From Sphagnum compactum (lineage: Eukaryota): 64,000 bases of DNA. Positions 39,601 to 51,440 of the stretch are shown one piece after another. Each line of letters starts with the position of its first letter. Position 1 is the stretch's first letter. A program made the position numbers and the translations under genes. The notes beneath the pieces are model-generated. The model ran no database searches and had not been told where the DNA came from. It saw nothing but the letters and a program-made list of their open reading frames with translations. The stretch covers positions 4,836,001-4,900,000 of the forward strand of contig OZ234493.1 in the NCBI GenBank assembly GCA_965153455.1. Direction: 5' to 3'.

Positions 39601-42600
39601 GACCTGATCGTTGATCCCACATCACTCGAGCATCTCTGTTCACCACCCAATAGATGTAATAATGAACCTCACTAACACATTTTGTAAGCAAAAATAATAA
39701 AAAAGGGCACAACCCAAGGTTCTTACATCCCCATATTGGCCTGACTAACCATATTAGTGCAACGACAGGTTTCACACTGCCAGCAGGTCTAGGCGGAATG
39801 ACAAGGTCCATACCAAACAATCACAGACGTAAATAACAGTCTAGAGGAATAAGATTGACTTTTGGAGCTTGCATCATGCCTTTGAAAAGCTGTATCATGT
39901 GCCAGCAGGTCATGCAGACTACCACTACTAGACCAACAATAAATGCCACCAAAACATCATTCTCAAGCTAGTGATGACAAAAGATTTTGACATTGCCACA
40001 ACAGATTCAATCTTGCTCATAGCAATTCTCAACATGCAAAATTTAGATTTGAAACTGCAGGCACCTTCAATGTCCCCTGAAACCTCCCAAATCCTTGGGA
40101 ATTTCTGTGGCTGCTGATGTATGTCATACTGAACTAATGATACTCACCCACTTGGCTTCTCAACTGTGGCTTACCAGCATGTAACCAGAACATAATCATG
40201 GTATTATGCAGAAACCACATTTGAAACATTGATCACCAATTTTACTTACGAGCAGCTGGGGTACATGCAGAAAGCTGCAAACAGAGTCGCATCTGTAACC
40301 TCTGGACTCAGATCACCCACAAATATGTTGTAGTGCCCTGCTAGTGACAACACATCAATGCTCAGTGACAGATGGATAAACCCCATTAGAGTGCCTGTAA
40401 ATTTTGCATGATAGCTTCATGCAACAGCTTAAATCCTACCCACAAGCTCAATCTGCTTTACAAAACTGAAGAGCAAACAAGGCAATTTTTCCCTCTCACA
40501 GGCACAAGCAGTAACAAACAACACCTTGCAAGAAGATAGATCTGTCTTTGATATCCATCATTCATTGCATAAACAAATGAGACAAGGGATTGCAAGTAAC
40601 CTGTTGTGTCCTCCCTTTGTCCACTCACATAAGCCCAGTTAACCTTGATGGGCTGTCCAAACCTGCATCACTAAAGCTTATCATGGACATAGACTAATGA
40701 AAGATGGATGGTACAAGAACAGCTTTGTCGATCCCTTCTGTTGCTTGTTATAGAGTGGATGATCTGGCAGATCAACAAGTCTTTCAGTAGACACAAATAT
40801 TTTGGATCTTTTGTCAACACCCTAGTTTTAGTGGATGTTAAGGAATACAATCCTTCACAGCACACACCAGTGTTTGCAAATCTTCCACCTCAAACAACTA
40901 ATGAGAAACAACCAGAAGCAAATGTGTTGCCAGTGTCAAACTTGCCATTCTACCACAATTCAAAAGTGAAATTGCTGATTCAGAATCTCCAAAGCTTGGA
41001 CTTTGCTTGCATTGCTATAATTAATCAGTCAGAGTGTGTCAAAATGTTTACTTACATTTGCCTCCCATTAAGGGTCAACAATGCAGCGGCAGCAGATCTG
41101 TGGTCGAAGTAGTCCACAAATCCATAAGATGACTGCAAGAAGTATCAGCATCAATATCAATGTAATTGCAGACAGAAACTAAACAAGAACAAAGTAACAT
41201 AACCGTACTTTCATGGTTCCCACCAAACCCAAACAAACACAACATTTGCCATTGGTAATAACCTTGTGATTAGCACTCAAAAGTCTCAGACCAACACCAT
41301 CATCATGACTTTACACCATTACACCCCACTGACTTTATCAGCTCCCCACAGTGGGTACAGTAAATAAGTAAATACTCTCCTCAAGACGTACCACAACCAC
41401 TTAAACAAAGATCAGGTTCTGAGTTCCTGTTGCGTTTTGTAAGCAATGGCACGGCTCAGTTATGATTTTGTCTATGACTGGAGAGATGTAGCTAATAATA
41501 AAACAAAACAGTATCCACATTCAAGCTGCTACAAGCTTGTGAGCATACGCTTCATTCAGTTTAAGATTATTCCTTGTATAAGCAACCATCCAAGGCAAAG
41601 GCAGAGAGCCTACGGGACATCCTGCACCCTGTGCAACTTCATCAGCTTCCAACAGTAGCAATAGATAAGTATACTAATCTACTCGAACTTATAACAGTTA
41701 ATTACCCAAACATCTGCATCTTGAGGTTTTGTCACATTTCTCAAAGCAATGTGAACACTCAACGATGATGCTGGCTAGCACTCAATTTTGATGTTGCTAG
41801 TGAAAAAAAAAAAGTCAGCGGTACCCTCAATAGCTTGCAACAAGCTTGTGATCATAAGCTTCATTTCATTTTATACAAGAGCAAGCATCTCAGCCAAAGG
41901 CATACAGAGGCAGTAGGCCTACATAAGAGGTTAGTGGCTGGAGCATGCTGCACCCTAGACATATCCTCTAACCACAGCATAAGATGACTGCATGAAACCA
42001 GAAAGGGGATTTAAGACCCACAAAAACAATGTTTTGGAGAGCCATAAAACTTCACCATGACCTTCACAGCATGAAGCTTGAAGAAGCCAGCTGAAAAACA
42101 GATCTAAAAACTGTCGGACAGACATAGCAAGACATCCAAGCTTAAGGTGCCACAACAAAACAACCAACAATTTTGGAACCATCGCTAGTGCAGGGAATAT
42201 AGAAATGCAGAACTGTCCCATAGGATCCTTTAAAGAGGTTCTGCAGGAAGCTTACCTTCTCTTTCCTTATGAGTTTGCAACCCTCCAATGGACCTACACT
42301 GGAGAACACTTCAGCTAACAGAGCCTCTGTAACTTTGGTGTGTATGTTGCCCACATACCTGCATTAGCCCTCAGTAGAATTAAAAAAAACCCATCAATAC
42401 ATCATACTTCATTAGAAGTAACATATCCAGGCCTCATAGATATGACAGTATTACCTTAGTGCATTAGGAAATGCTAAGACAAAACCAACATGATCATAAC
42501 TAGCAATGCACAATAATGACTGGAAAAAAGGGCCACTATGGAGATAAGAAAGGATTAAATGACAAAAGCAGCAGCACAACTCACACACTGCGGCAGGAAG

Positions 42601-43133
42601 TTGCATCAAACCCAGGGGGCAGATTTCCACTTGGAATTGGTTCCATCTGCAAAGTACAGAAGTAAGACAAGGAAAACAACACAAATGTCAATGACAAAAC
42701 ACATGACATGATTTTTAGAAACTGTTCTCTTCCCACCAATCTCCACCTTATTGTCTAATGTTGAAATACTTTCTGTACACAGTTGCTCTCACAGGACTTC
42801 AAGTACAGGTAAACATTTATCTCAATTATTGAAGTCCTACACAACATCAATGTTTTGTTGTTCAGAGCATTCCCATTTCAGGCTGCAAAAATAATAAAAT
42901 TTGCACTAGACCCAATCAGCCAATGCAGATCTATCCACACAATATAATCAAATTTGCTGAATCCATGACAAAACTTCAGGAAAATAATAGGGACCCAGAG
43001 AGGGAGGAGTTACCTGTGACATTGCCGTGATCAAGCCTGGGTGATACATGGGTTGCTGCTGCTGCTGAAGCATGGCTTGGTGCATCAAGGCCTGTCACTT
43101 CAACTGCAAATACTGCTGCTGTTGCTGCACCAT
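36652..43133 (-). CDS. UBP1: Oligouridylate-binding protein 1 (UBP1/TIA-1-like, three RRMs), 12 coding exons
   Basis: Exons 5'->3': 43133-43014, 42646-42585, 42358-42256, 41132-41056, 40662-40601, 40337-40250, 39635-39560, 38511-38481, 38293-38141 (or 38195), 37942-37848, 37645-37472, 36981-36652. All introns are GT-AG with consistent phases. Hallmarks: Q-rich..[123 protein letters not shown]. Codon 13 is TGA (43097-43095), so the working start may be ATG 43085. Confidence 0.95.
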
Positions 43134-44640
43134 TGCATAACAATCCAGCCACTCATGTTCTGCACTTCTGCCCTAATTCAAACTGGAGTATTTCAATAGC
43201 TCTAGCATCAGTTCTGAAAAGAGAATTACTTAACACAATCACTATATGCCTCTAACAAATGTTTAGAATCACAAACGTAGACCAAAAGGCTTGCCAGAAT
43301 TTTTCAGTACAGGAGATGGAGCCTTGTAACCATGAAACAATAAAAGCCAACTCATTTGACTCTTCCGATTTCCAATAGACTCAAATGACTACCACTAACC
43401 ATCCACTGCAATGGCAAGCAACACTAGCATTGTCACTGTGAGATTGTAAATTTATTGTAACTGTTCTATATTATCTTACAGTTTGCAAAACGGCATTTTC
43501 CATCATTTCACCTCACAGCATTGGTGCACAGAATAGCAGCAACCCTTATGACCACTTGGGCTTTCCTCTTGGAAATAACAACAAGAATATCAACCCTAAA
43601 CCATACACATATCCAAGAATACAAAAAAGTTTGAAATTACAGCCAGCAGCAGCAATGCTGACTTAATTTGGCTTTTGTTGACTAAAAAGTCACCAAGCAC
43701 TGCTGGGCTTGTGTTTTACAGAGCTGAGGAACTAGGAACACCATCTCCCTTTTGCAGTACCAATATGCAGAATTGAAGAAGCTATCAATGTGACTGATAG
43801 CTCAAACATGAATCCAAATAGCCCACCAAATGCCATTGCAAAACCAGCAACAACAATGGGACAAAGATGGGACAAGCAACAACAACAGGCATAGAGAGCT
43901 TTCCCTTCTTTCCCTTGGGTTATTCTTGCAGACAAAGGATGTGGTTTATCCATGGACACATACATTCACCATCATCACACAATCCCTAAACATGCTAAAA
44001 GACTGGTATCAAACTCCACAAGAAGACCCCATGGCCGGAGCTTTGAAACCCTGATGAGGATGATCGGAGCAAAAGAGCCCCCGTTCCTTCTCCCCAAAAA
44101 GAATTAGCTTCTTCAAAAACCCTTCAACGGCGACTAAAACAAAACAAAACAGCAACACCGGATGCAAAACACACAACAACGGATGCTTCATAGGTATTAT
44201 GCCCCCTTATTAGGACAAACAGATAGACACCCCAAAAACAAGCAAACCCAGAAACAATAACCCTAAACTTCGCACCAGGATCGGAGGTTCCAGGTGGGTA
44301 GAAAGGGAGATCACCCCAGGTAGTTCTTGTTGTTTTACAGAGTGAAGAAGTCACGCACCTTAGGGATCCAACTGGGAAAGACGGTGCAAGAAAGGTGGTG
44401 CCACCCGCGAAGGAACGAACTCACTCACCCACCCACCCAGTCAGTGGTGACTGACCCACCCGCCCACCCGCCCAACCACCCACGCAGCCAACCTACTACC
44501 CTCTCCCTCCCTCCCTGAGTACAAGCGAGTGAGTAGTAGTAGTCGACAGAGAGCTCGCAGAAAAAAGAGAGAGCGATTGCCGAGGAAATGGGGGACGACA
44601 CCAGCAAGAACTGCTACAGCAACAACAACCTAGAGCTCAC

Positions 44641-44960
44641 CTTTGCAATAGGAGATGGGGTTCCAATACGAGGAAATGTGGGAGAGCACAATCGATAAAA
44701 AAAGAATGGGAAGCAAGCGATGTCGGAGAGAAAGAAAGAGAACAAGGTGTCGATTGGGAAGAAAGAAAGAAAGAAAGAAGAAAAGGGACATGTGTGGGCG
44801 TGTGTGTGTTTGTCTTCCTTTCCTTTGCTTTCCTTCGCAGCGAGCGGCCGCTCCCTCCAAGCCCGGCGCCAGTTGTGGTCCGTGGAGCGCGAATCCGGCG
44901 GTTCTTCCCGCAACGGGGACGGCGACCGGGGCAAAGGGGGAACCGATGTTTGGGCAGGTA
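44641..44960 (-). other. Probable non-coding first exon and TSS region of UBP1 (5'UTR intron 43214-44640)
   Basis: Donor AAAG|GTGAGC at 44641/44640 and acceptor TTTTCAG at 43214. GC-rich, CT-rich leader. TSS is approximate. Confidence 0.6.
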
Positions 44961-45020
44961 GGTGGGTGAGTGGGGAGGAGGGTAGGTAGGTACGCGCGAA
45001 AGGTGCGGGGAGCTAGTAAC

Positions 45021-45335
45021 AGCGGATTGGCATGATAGTAGGCCCGGCGTTTGTTCGGGACACCAACCAGCGGATTTTGGCAGCGACAGGTCCGGGGTTC
45101 TGTTCGGGGTACGAGCGGATTGCCAGTGTAGGCCCGGGGTTGGTTCCGGACGCCGACTGGTTGTTCGCGTCGTAGGCCCGAGGTTTGTTCAGGACACGAG
45201 TGGTTTAGCAGTTGTGGACCGGTCCGGGTTTTGTTCGGGGAACCAACCAGCGGGTTGGCGCAGGTAGGCCCGGGGTTTGTTTAGGAAACCAGTATGCACG
45301 AAAAAACGAAGGAGACGACGGTTCGGGGTTTTATT
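45021..45335. repeat. GC-rich array of seven ~21-nt cores at 42-53 bp spacing in the UBP1 promoter
   Basis: Cores resembling AGGCCCGGGGTTTGTTCGGGA start at 45040, 45088, 45130, 45174, 45220, 45266 and 45319. Confidence 0.85.
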
Positions 45336-45632
45336 GGCCTTGCCTTGGTAGGCAAGGATATTGTGTTTAGATCCCTTATTGAGTATATTAGCTTAAAGGT
45401 AATAGCTCTATTTTGATATGAGGATTTTTGAAACATGATATTTTGGCTTGTGTTGAAACTTGGGTTTAGATCTAGAGTTGTAATATCTTGAAGGATTTTG
45501 GTTTTTATTTAGAGGATTTTTTGAAGATTAGATTTTTGCATTGTGAATATTTGAGTTTCCCGAATGCTTCTTTTGCCTTAAGATCCTTTTATTGTAAATG
45601 GCAAGGCCACAGTGTGACACACCCCTTGTTTT
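45333..45632 (+). mobile_element. ~300-bp non-autonomous element with HINE/DINE-1 architecture
   Basis: 5' subTIR TGGCCTTGCC (45335-45344) with adjacent inverted copy GGCAAGG (45351-45357); 3' subTIR GGCAAGGCCA (45600-45609); GTGTG-A-CACAC palindrome (45612-45622); T-rich ends; no TSD. Confidence 0.7.
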
Positions 45633-45930
45633 TTCTATTTTTTGGGGTGTCAAGAAATGTCAAATTAACCCTAAATTGTCACATGCAACAAAATTGTCTT
45701 CTTCTTAAAAAGCCCCTTTTTCCAGGACTAGGTGCCTTTCATTTTAGAATGTTAAAAAGTGGACTATGAGTTAACCCTTGTTATCTTCAGGGTCACCCCC
45801 TTGTTCTACCACTAGTAGGCTAACTCACTGCAAATCTTTCCAAGATTCCACCCCCTGAAACACAGGCTGTTTATGGATCCCATTTGTTTTTTTTTATTTT
45901 GTGCTTTTGGGTTTGGGGTGGCGGTAGAAA

Positions 45931-45990
45931 TTCGATTGCCTGGAGACCACAGTGACAAAATTCGATTGCCTGGAGACCACAGTGACAAAA
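45931..45990. repeat. Perfect 30-bp tandem duplication
   Basis: ttcgattgcctggagaccacagtgacaaaa x2. Confidence 0.95.
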
Positions 45991-46448
45991 CAGGTCTTCT
46001 TTGCAAGGGGTATTAGCCCAGGGCAAAAATGGTGACGGAACTCTTTTGGAAAGAGAAATCTTATGCAGCCATGGGAAGTTTGTTTCACTTGCATTTACAA
46101 ATGATTTGTAGGCTTAAGATTACTAGCCTATTATAGTTGCACAGGGCATTGAAAATTGCATTGGCATGGCGACAAGGATGCTTCAAGCGGCCATTTGTTC
46201 ATTGCAAGGTCCTTTGTTGTTTAAGGGATGTTGGGTGATTGTTTAAAAAGATTCATGTGAATCTCATTTTCAATTTGTTGAAAGTAATATTGATGTAAAG
46301 AAAAAAAATGTACTCAAATTTAAACACGCCAAATATGGTGTTGTTGCTTTGAAAAATTGTGTTTCTTCGTCACAAACCAATGTCATAAAGTGTGCATATG
46401 CATGGGCAAAATATATAATTCATAAGCATCTTGGGTTTTCGTTCTCTA

Positions 46449-46705
46449 TTGTGCTTTTAGATAGATCAGGTCAATTTTTTCCATCTATTTCATGGGTTAT
46501 CCCACTATGGTCAAGTGGCATGGATTAGAGTTGCTTCCATATGGAAATGCATGCTTTTTTTTAAAATGTTGAGTTGTGCTTTTAGATACATCAGGTCAAT
46601 TTCTTTCAACTACTTCATGGGTTATCCCACTATGGTCAAGGCATGGATCATAGTAAAGTTGCTTCCATATGGAAATGCATGCTTCTTCTTGAAATTGTTG
46701 AATTG
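46449..46705. repeat. Imperfect ~125-bp tandem duplication
   Basis: ttgtgctttt..atcaggtcaattt..catgggttatcccactatggtcaag..gttgcttccatatggaaatgcatgc occurs twice. Confidence 0.9.
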
Positions 46706-47559
46706 TAAGATATTATTCATATTTTTTTATTCTACCTTTATTTCATCTACATATAGGTGTTATGTTTTGAACAAAGTGGCTAAAACAATGCATTGTGAGC
46801 AAATTTTTTTCTTTCTTTTGGGTTAATGGAAATATCCCAAATGAAGTTGTAGAAGTTTTTCATCATGAAGAAAAAACAACTCTTACTAAGAGGGATGAAA
46901 TTTGGAATTTTTCCAGAATCTCATCCCTCAGATTTCAAAAAATTTGGTGATGGGCCAATTAATATGACCCTTTCAAAATAAGAAAACCAAAAATGGGAGT
47001 CCACCCATGCATTAATGAATTTGAAGCACACTATATATATGAATGTTGGGCAAGTGTCAGAATCACATTATATATTGATGTTGGGTAGGTATTCAAAAAC
47101 AAATAGTGAAAACCAACCAAGGTTTCAAGTTGGTTCTCACCTTGAATACATCAAGGTATCACCAAGGGTGATGCCTTTTTTGAAACCTATCTAGAGGTTC
47201 TCGCTAGGTTGAGAAATAACCATTTGAAATCTTTTCGTTAATTTTTTTAATATCGTGTGAAAATATTAAAGACCAACAAGGTCAAAATGTCAAGTAGGTG
47301 TAGTGGTTGGTAGTGGTAGGTAGGGTTAAAGGAAAAAAAGGACAGTGTTTTGAGTGTGTGTTATTTTATTTTTTTTTAATTTAAGTTTGTTTTGGTTTTG
47401 TTAATATCCTTGTTTTTTATTATGTGTTCTTGTTATTCTTCATCATCTCCTTGTTGTGCACTTCCTCTTTTTTTTGTTGGGTGCTTATGCAAGTTTTCAA
47501 TGTCATTTTGTTGGGTTCTCTTATTGCTATTTGGTGTCTTTTTGTTGTGTGCTCCAATT

Positions 47560-48110
47560 GTTTTTTGACGTCTTTATGCTATGTTTTTTTGTGCCTTCTT
47601 GTTGTGAGCTCATGTTACTCATATGTGCCTCCTTGCTATGCACTTTTTGTGTTCATCGACGCCTCTTGGCTATGTGTTCTTGTTGCTCATCAATGTTTCC
47701 TTACTATGTGTTCTTGTTGTTCATCAATTTTTCCTTGTTGTGTCGTGCATTCTTGTTGTTCGTTAACACCTCCTTGTTGTGTGCTCTTGTTGTTCATCAA
47801 TACCTCCTTGCTATGTGCTCTTGGTGTTCACCATGCCTCCTCGTTGTGCTATGCACTCTTGTTGTTTGTTAGTGCCTCCTTATTATGCACTTTTGATGTT
47901 CGTCAACATTTTTTTGTTGTGTTATTATTATTCATGGGCACCTTTTTTATTATGCTCTCTTGTTGCTTATTGACACCTATTTATTGTGTGTTTCAATCAA
48001 AGTACTAGGTACCTTTTTAACCCCCTCCTACTTTTTGTCAACTTCTTGCTATGTAGTTTTGTTGTTCTTCAATGCCTCCTTGTCGTGCATTCTTGGTGCT
48101 CTTTAATCCT
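47560..48110. repeat. Degenerate ~34-bp minisatellite inside the second hAT
   Basis: Units like aacacctccttgttgtgtgctcttgttgttcatc. Confidence 0.8.
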
Positions 48111-50009
48111 TTTCATATTGGTATTTCCCCTTTGCATTTTTTTTGTAGGTGTGGAAGAAAAAAAAAAAAATTCTTCAAATCCAAGCTTCAAGGTTTATTT
48201 GTAGTTTTTTTTTCATTTTTTCATTTTTTTTTGTTTTCTTCATTGTTTATTGTTTGTCATTATTTAATGTCTACATTGTATTTCAAAGGTGTGGTTTCAA
48301 TTTATTTTATAATTTAAAAAAATTATTGTCAATATTTTTTTGGCTTATTATGTTTGAGTCGATTATATTTTTAATTATACATGTTTTTAAAAAGTAAATT
48401 ATTTGTGTTTTGTCATGTCCAAGACTAGAACCCCAATTGCATAAAATGTCCAAACATTAAAACATTCAAATTTTCTTTTACACCATTTACATTTGGAAAA
48501 AGGAGGGAAAAAAGTTAATGATTTTGCCTTGTAAATGTTTGTAATACTATTAATAGTTTTTAATTGATATTCATAACATAAATTAGGCAAATAAAACTAA
48601 AACTCATAATTTTTGGTAAATTTTACATTTGCTTTTAACTTTTCTTCCATGCTATGTAATATTTGCTAAAACATGAAATTAAATAAAAATTAAAATGTAA
48701 TTTAAATTGAGTTATGAAAATGAAATATGTTTCAATGAATGTAATATGCAAGATGAAATTTTGATTGAAAGTTTTCAAACAAAACAAAACACAACAAAAA
48801 AATAAATTGAAACAAATGAAATGCAAACACACACCTCCAAAAATTACATGCTCCAAGAAAAATATGGAAAGGTCATAACCGGAATGCAATTTGTTGGGTT
48901 TTTTGTGTGTAAATGATGACAAAGAGGTGAATCTTAGAAATTGTCAAGTCATTAGATGTTTGCATTGTTACATTAATCCTATGCATGTTCCTAATCCAAA
49001 CACAAAAGAAAGAAATATATTTATAACATATTATAAAACATATGGAATAACGACTTTGAAAAAACATGCAGATGCAAATCATGTTGTAATTATCAAAAAA
49101 TTTGACAAGGAGGTAAATGGTTTAATAAGAAGAACTTTTGAAAAACAACCAACAAAAAAAAGGCCTAATGCAATATATAATTTCTTTGTTGTCAAAGATC
49201 CCTTTAAAAAGGATGATGAACAACAAAAATATTTTTTGCAAGGCCTTGACTTTTTCATCATGGATAATCAATTGCCATTGCAATTTGTGAAAAATGTTTG
49301 GTTCAAGTGTTTGGTTTTACATTTGTGTCCTTAAGTTGTTTTCCCTTATTGAAAACCATTTTTTCATGAGATATTACTTAAATTGGTTGAAAAACAAAAT
49401 ACTTGTAAAATTCACAAATTGCATATTTGCAACATCAAGTTTTGATTTATGGATGTCCAAGGGGGCACATGATACTTTTGCTTTTGTCATTATTTTTTTG
49501 GGATTTAATTAGTAGCCTAAACAAATGACTATTTGGTTGTTTGAGGCAATAGAGACTATTGGTCAAACCTTGGCCAACAATCTTACAAAATTACTTAATT
49601 AACATGGATTAAGAAAAAAAATTGCATATGTCAAAGATGAGGGATCAAATTTAAATGCAATGACAATTGTTTTGAAATCAATTATTATTTATGTGAAATT
49701 TTAGGTTTGCATGAAAATTTTTGAGGTTTTTTTTGTTTTGCCATGTTTTTTCAAAGGCTTGTAGGTATGTTACAATTGATAAAAAGGTTTGCAGAAACTT
49801 TAGATTTATTTCCGTCAAATCTATTTAATTAGATTTGCAGAAATATAACTTGGCCTAAAAAGTTTGTGCAAGATAAATATGAATGGAACAAATCATGTTT
49901 AATTCAAATATTCGCCCATAAATTTAATATTCTAATGAAGACAAAATGTCATGGATGTTAATGTCATGGGCTTCATTCCTTTGAATGTTCCTCCATGATT
50001 TGTAATGAA

Positions 50010-50312
50010 CTTGCACCTAATTTCTAGTTTAGTGTTAGTTCATTCTTTGTTAAATTCTAGTTAAGCTTAAGTTCATTTCTAGTTCACTTCTAATTAATTC
50101 ATAATTCATTTTTAGTTAAGTTTTACTTCATTTTTAATTCATTTCCAATTAACCTTTAGTTCATTTCTAGTTAATTTTTAGTTCATTATTAATTAACTTT
50201 TAGTTAAATCTAAATTCATTCTTAATGGAATTTTAATTTAGTTGAATCTTAGTTCATTCATAGTTCACATATGGGTGCACATGGGCACACATGGGTGAAC
50301 ATGGGCCACATG
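50010..50312. repeat. ~11-bp (tagttcatttt-like) and 10-bp (cacatgggtg-like) tandem repeats
   Basis: Visible periodic tracts within the putative intron of the second hAT. Confidence 0.75.
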
Positions 50313-50843
50313 TAGATTGGAAGCGTCTTGAAATTTTTTTTTTAGTTAGGTTCCCAAGGGGTATAAACATAAATAAAATTCCCCATCACTTTAATTAGTT
50401 CAAGACCAATTTTAGCTACGTTTTCTTGTCATGACCTTGTTATGTTTGTTTTTTGCAATAAAATCTTGTTGGAATTATTATTTGCATTTATCGTGTTTTT
50501 GTTTTTGTTTTTCTTATTTCATGATTTAGATTTGGAACTGGGCCTACCTTTGTTCTTGTTTTGATTAAAAAATCCTATAGTCTTGGTTGTTTTTGTGCAT
50601 GTGACACCATATGCTTGAAATGTAAAAAAGAAGTTACAAATGCACAGCCCATGTTAATTTGATTAATGATGATTTTAGGATTTCTTTTTAATTATTATTT
50701 TTGCTATCAATATTGAAAAGGAAGTTTATGATGTTTATAATCTTTGTTTTTTTCAAAAGTTCTTTTGAAAGAAAATATGAAAAGAAAAAGTTTCACAACA
50801 TGTTATGTTTGATGCTAAACACAGGATTTAAAGACCTAATCAT

Positions 50844-51440
50844 CTAAAATAGAACAATGCATCACCGATCACTTTGGCAAATCTTTCTCAATTCTTCTCC
50901 ATTTTGAATGATTTAAATTGTAATAAGAGCGCCTTTTCAAGCTCTACAAATCATCTTTGAAATGGAAAGCCAAAGGAACAACCACAAAACATCAATAAAG
51001 AAAATACGTTTTTTCAAATTACAAAACGTGTTTTTTTTTTTCATTTTTTTTTCATTTTGACCTTTCTTATTTCATCAGCGCATAATTTTCTCTTTTTTGT
51101 TCAAATTGAGTGATTTAAGCTTTTGTGAAATCATCATTTTAAGCTCTACAAATCATCTTTTAGATCTAAAGGCAATAGAACAACATTTAAAGATTTTTTG
51201 AAGGGATCAGAAATAGGCTATGAATTGTTTGGTTGAAAAAATTCTATAAAAACAACCCCCCTTACTTTAGGGGCCATAACTTTCTCACCTCCACTTCATT
51301 TTTATCAAATTTTAGTGCGATAGATGCGCCAAAAGGAGGGCTCCATCTATTCTTTGGACACCATAAACAATGGGGCCATCTTGCAAAAACAAGGAACAAA
51401 CCCTACTTTAAGTGATCGTTCATGGGTTGTTCTATCCTAG
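50844..51440. mobile_element. MITE with 31-bp imperfect TIRs inserted in the second hAT transposase
   Basis: CTAAAATAGAACAATGCATCACCGATCACTT ... AAGTGATCGTTCATGGGTTGTTCTATCCTAG. The empty site reconstructs cat-cta-gta-ttt-tct-ttt-att (HLVFSFI), implying a TA duplication. Confidence 0.8.

Noticed and set aside
41550-41645. Intronic C/D snoRNA (minus-strand TGATGA...CTGA)
   Set aside because: No terminal stem or recognisable rRNA guide, and the boxes are not kept in the sister duplicate.
45021-45335. CRISPR array
   Set aside because: Eukaryotic context with no cas genes. The repeats are degenerate and the spacers are related to one another.
47424-48008. 194-aa Cys/Leu-rich ORF
   Set aside because: It is the translation of a stop-poor T/G-rich minisatellite inside a hAT relic.
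50840-51440. Canonical non-autonomous Helitron (TC...CTAG)
   Set aside because: The 31-bp TIRs and reconstructed empty site fit a TIR MITE better.
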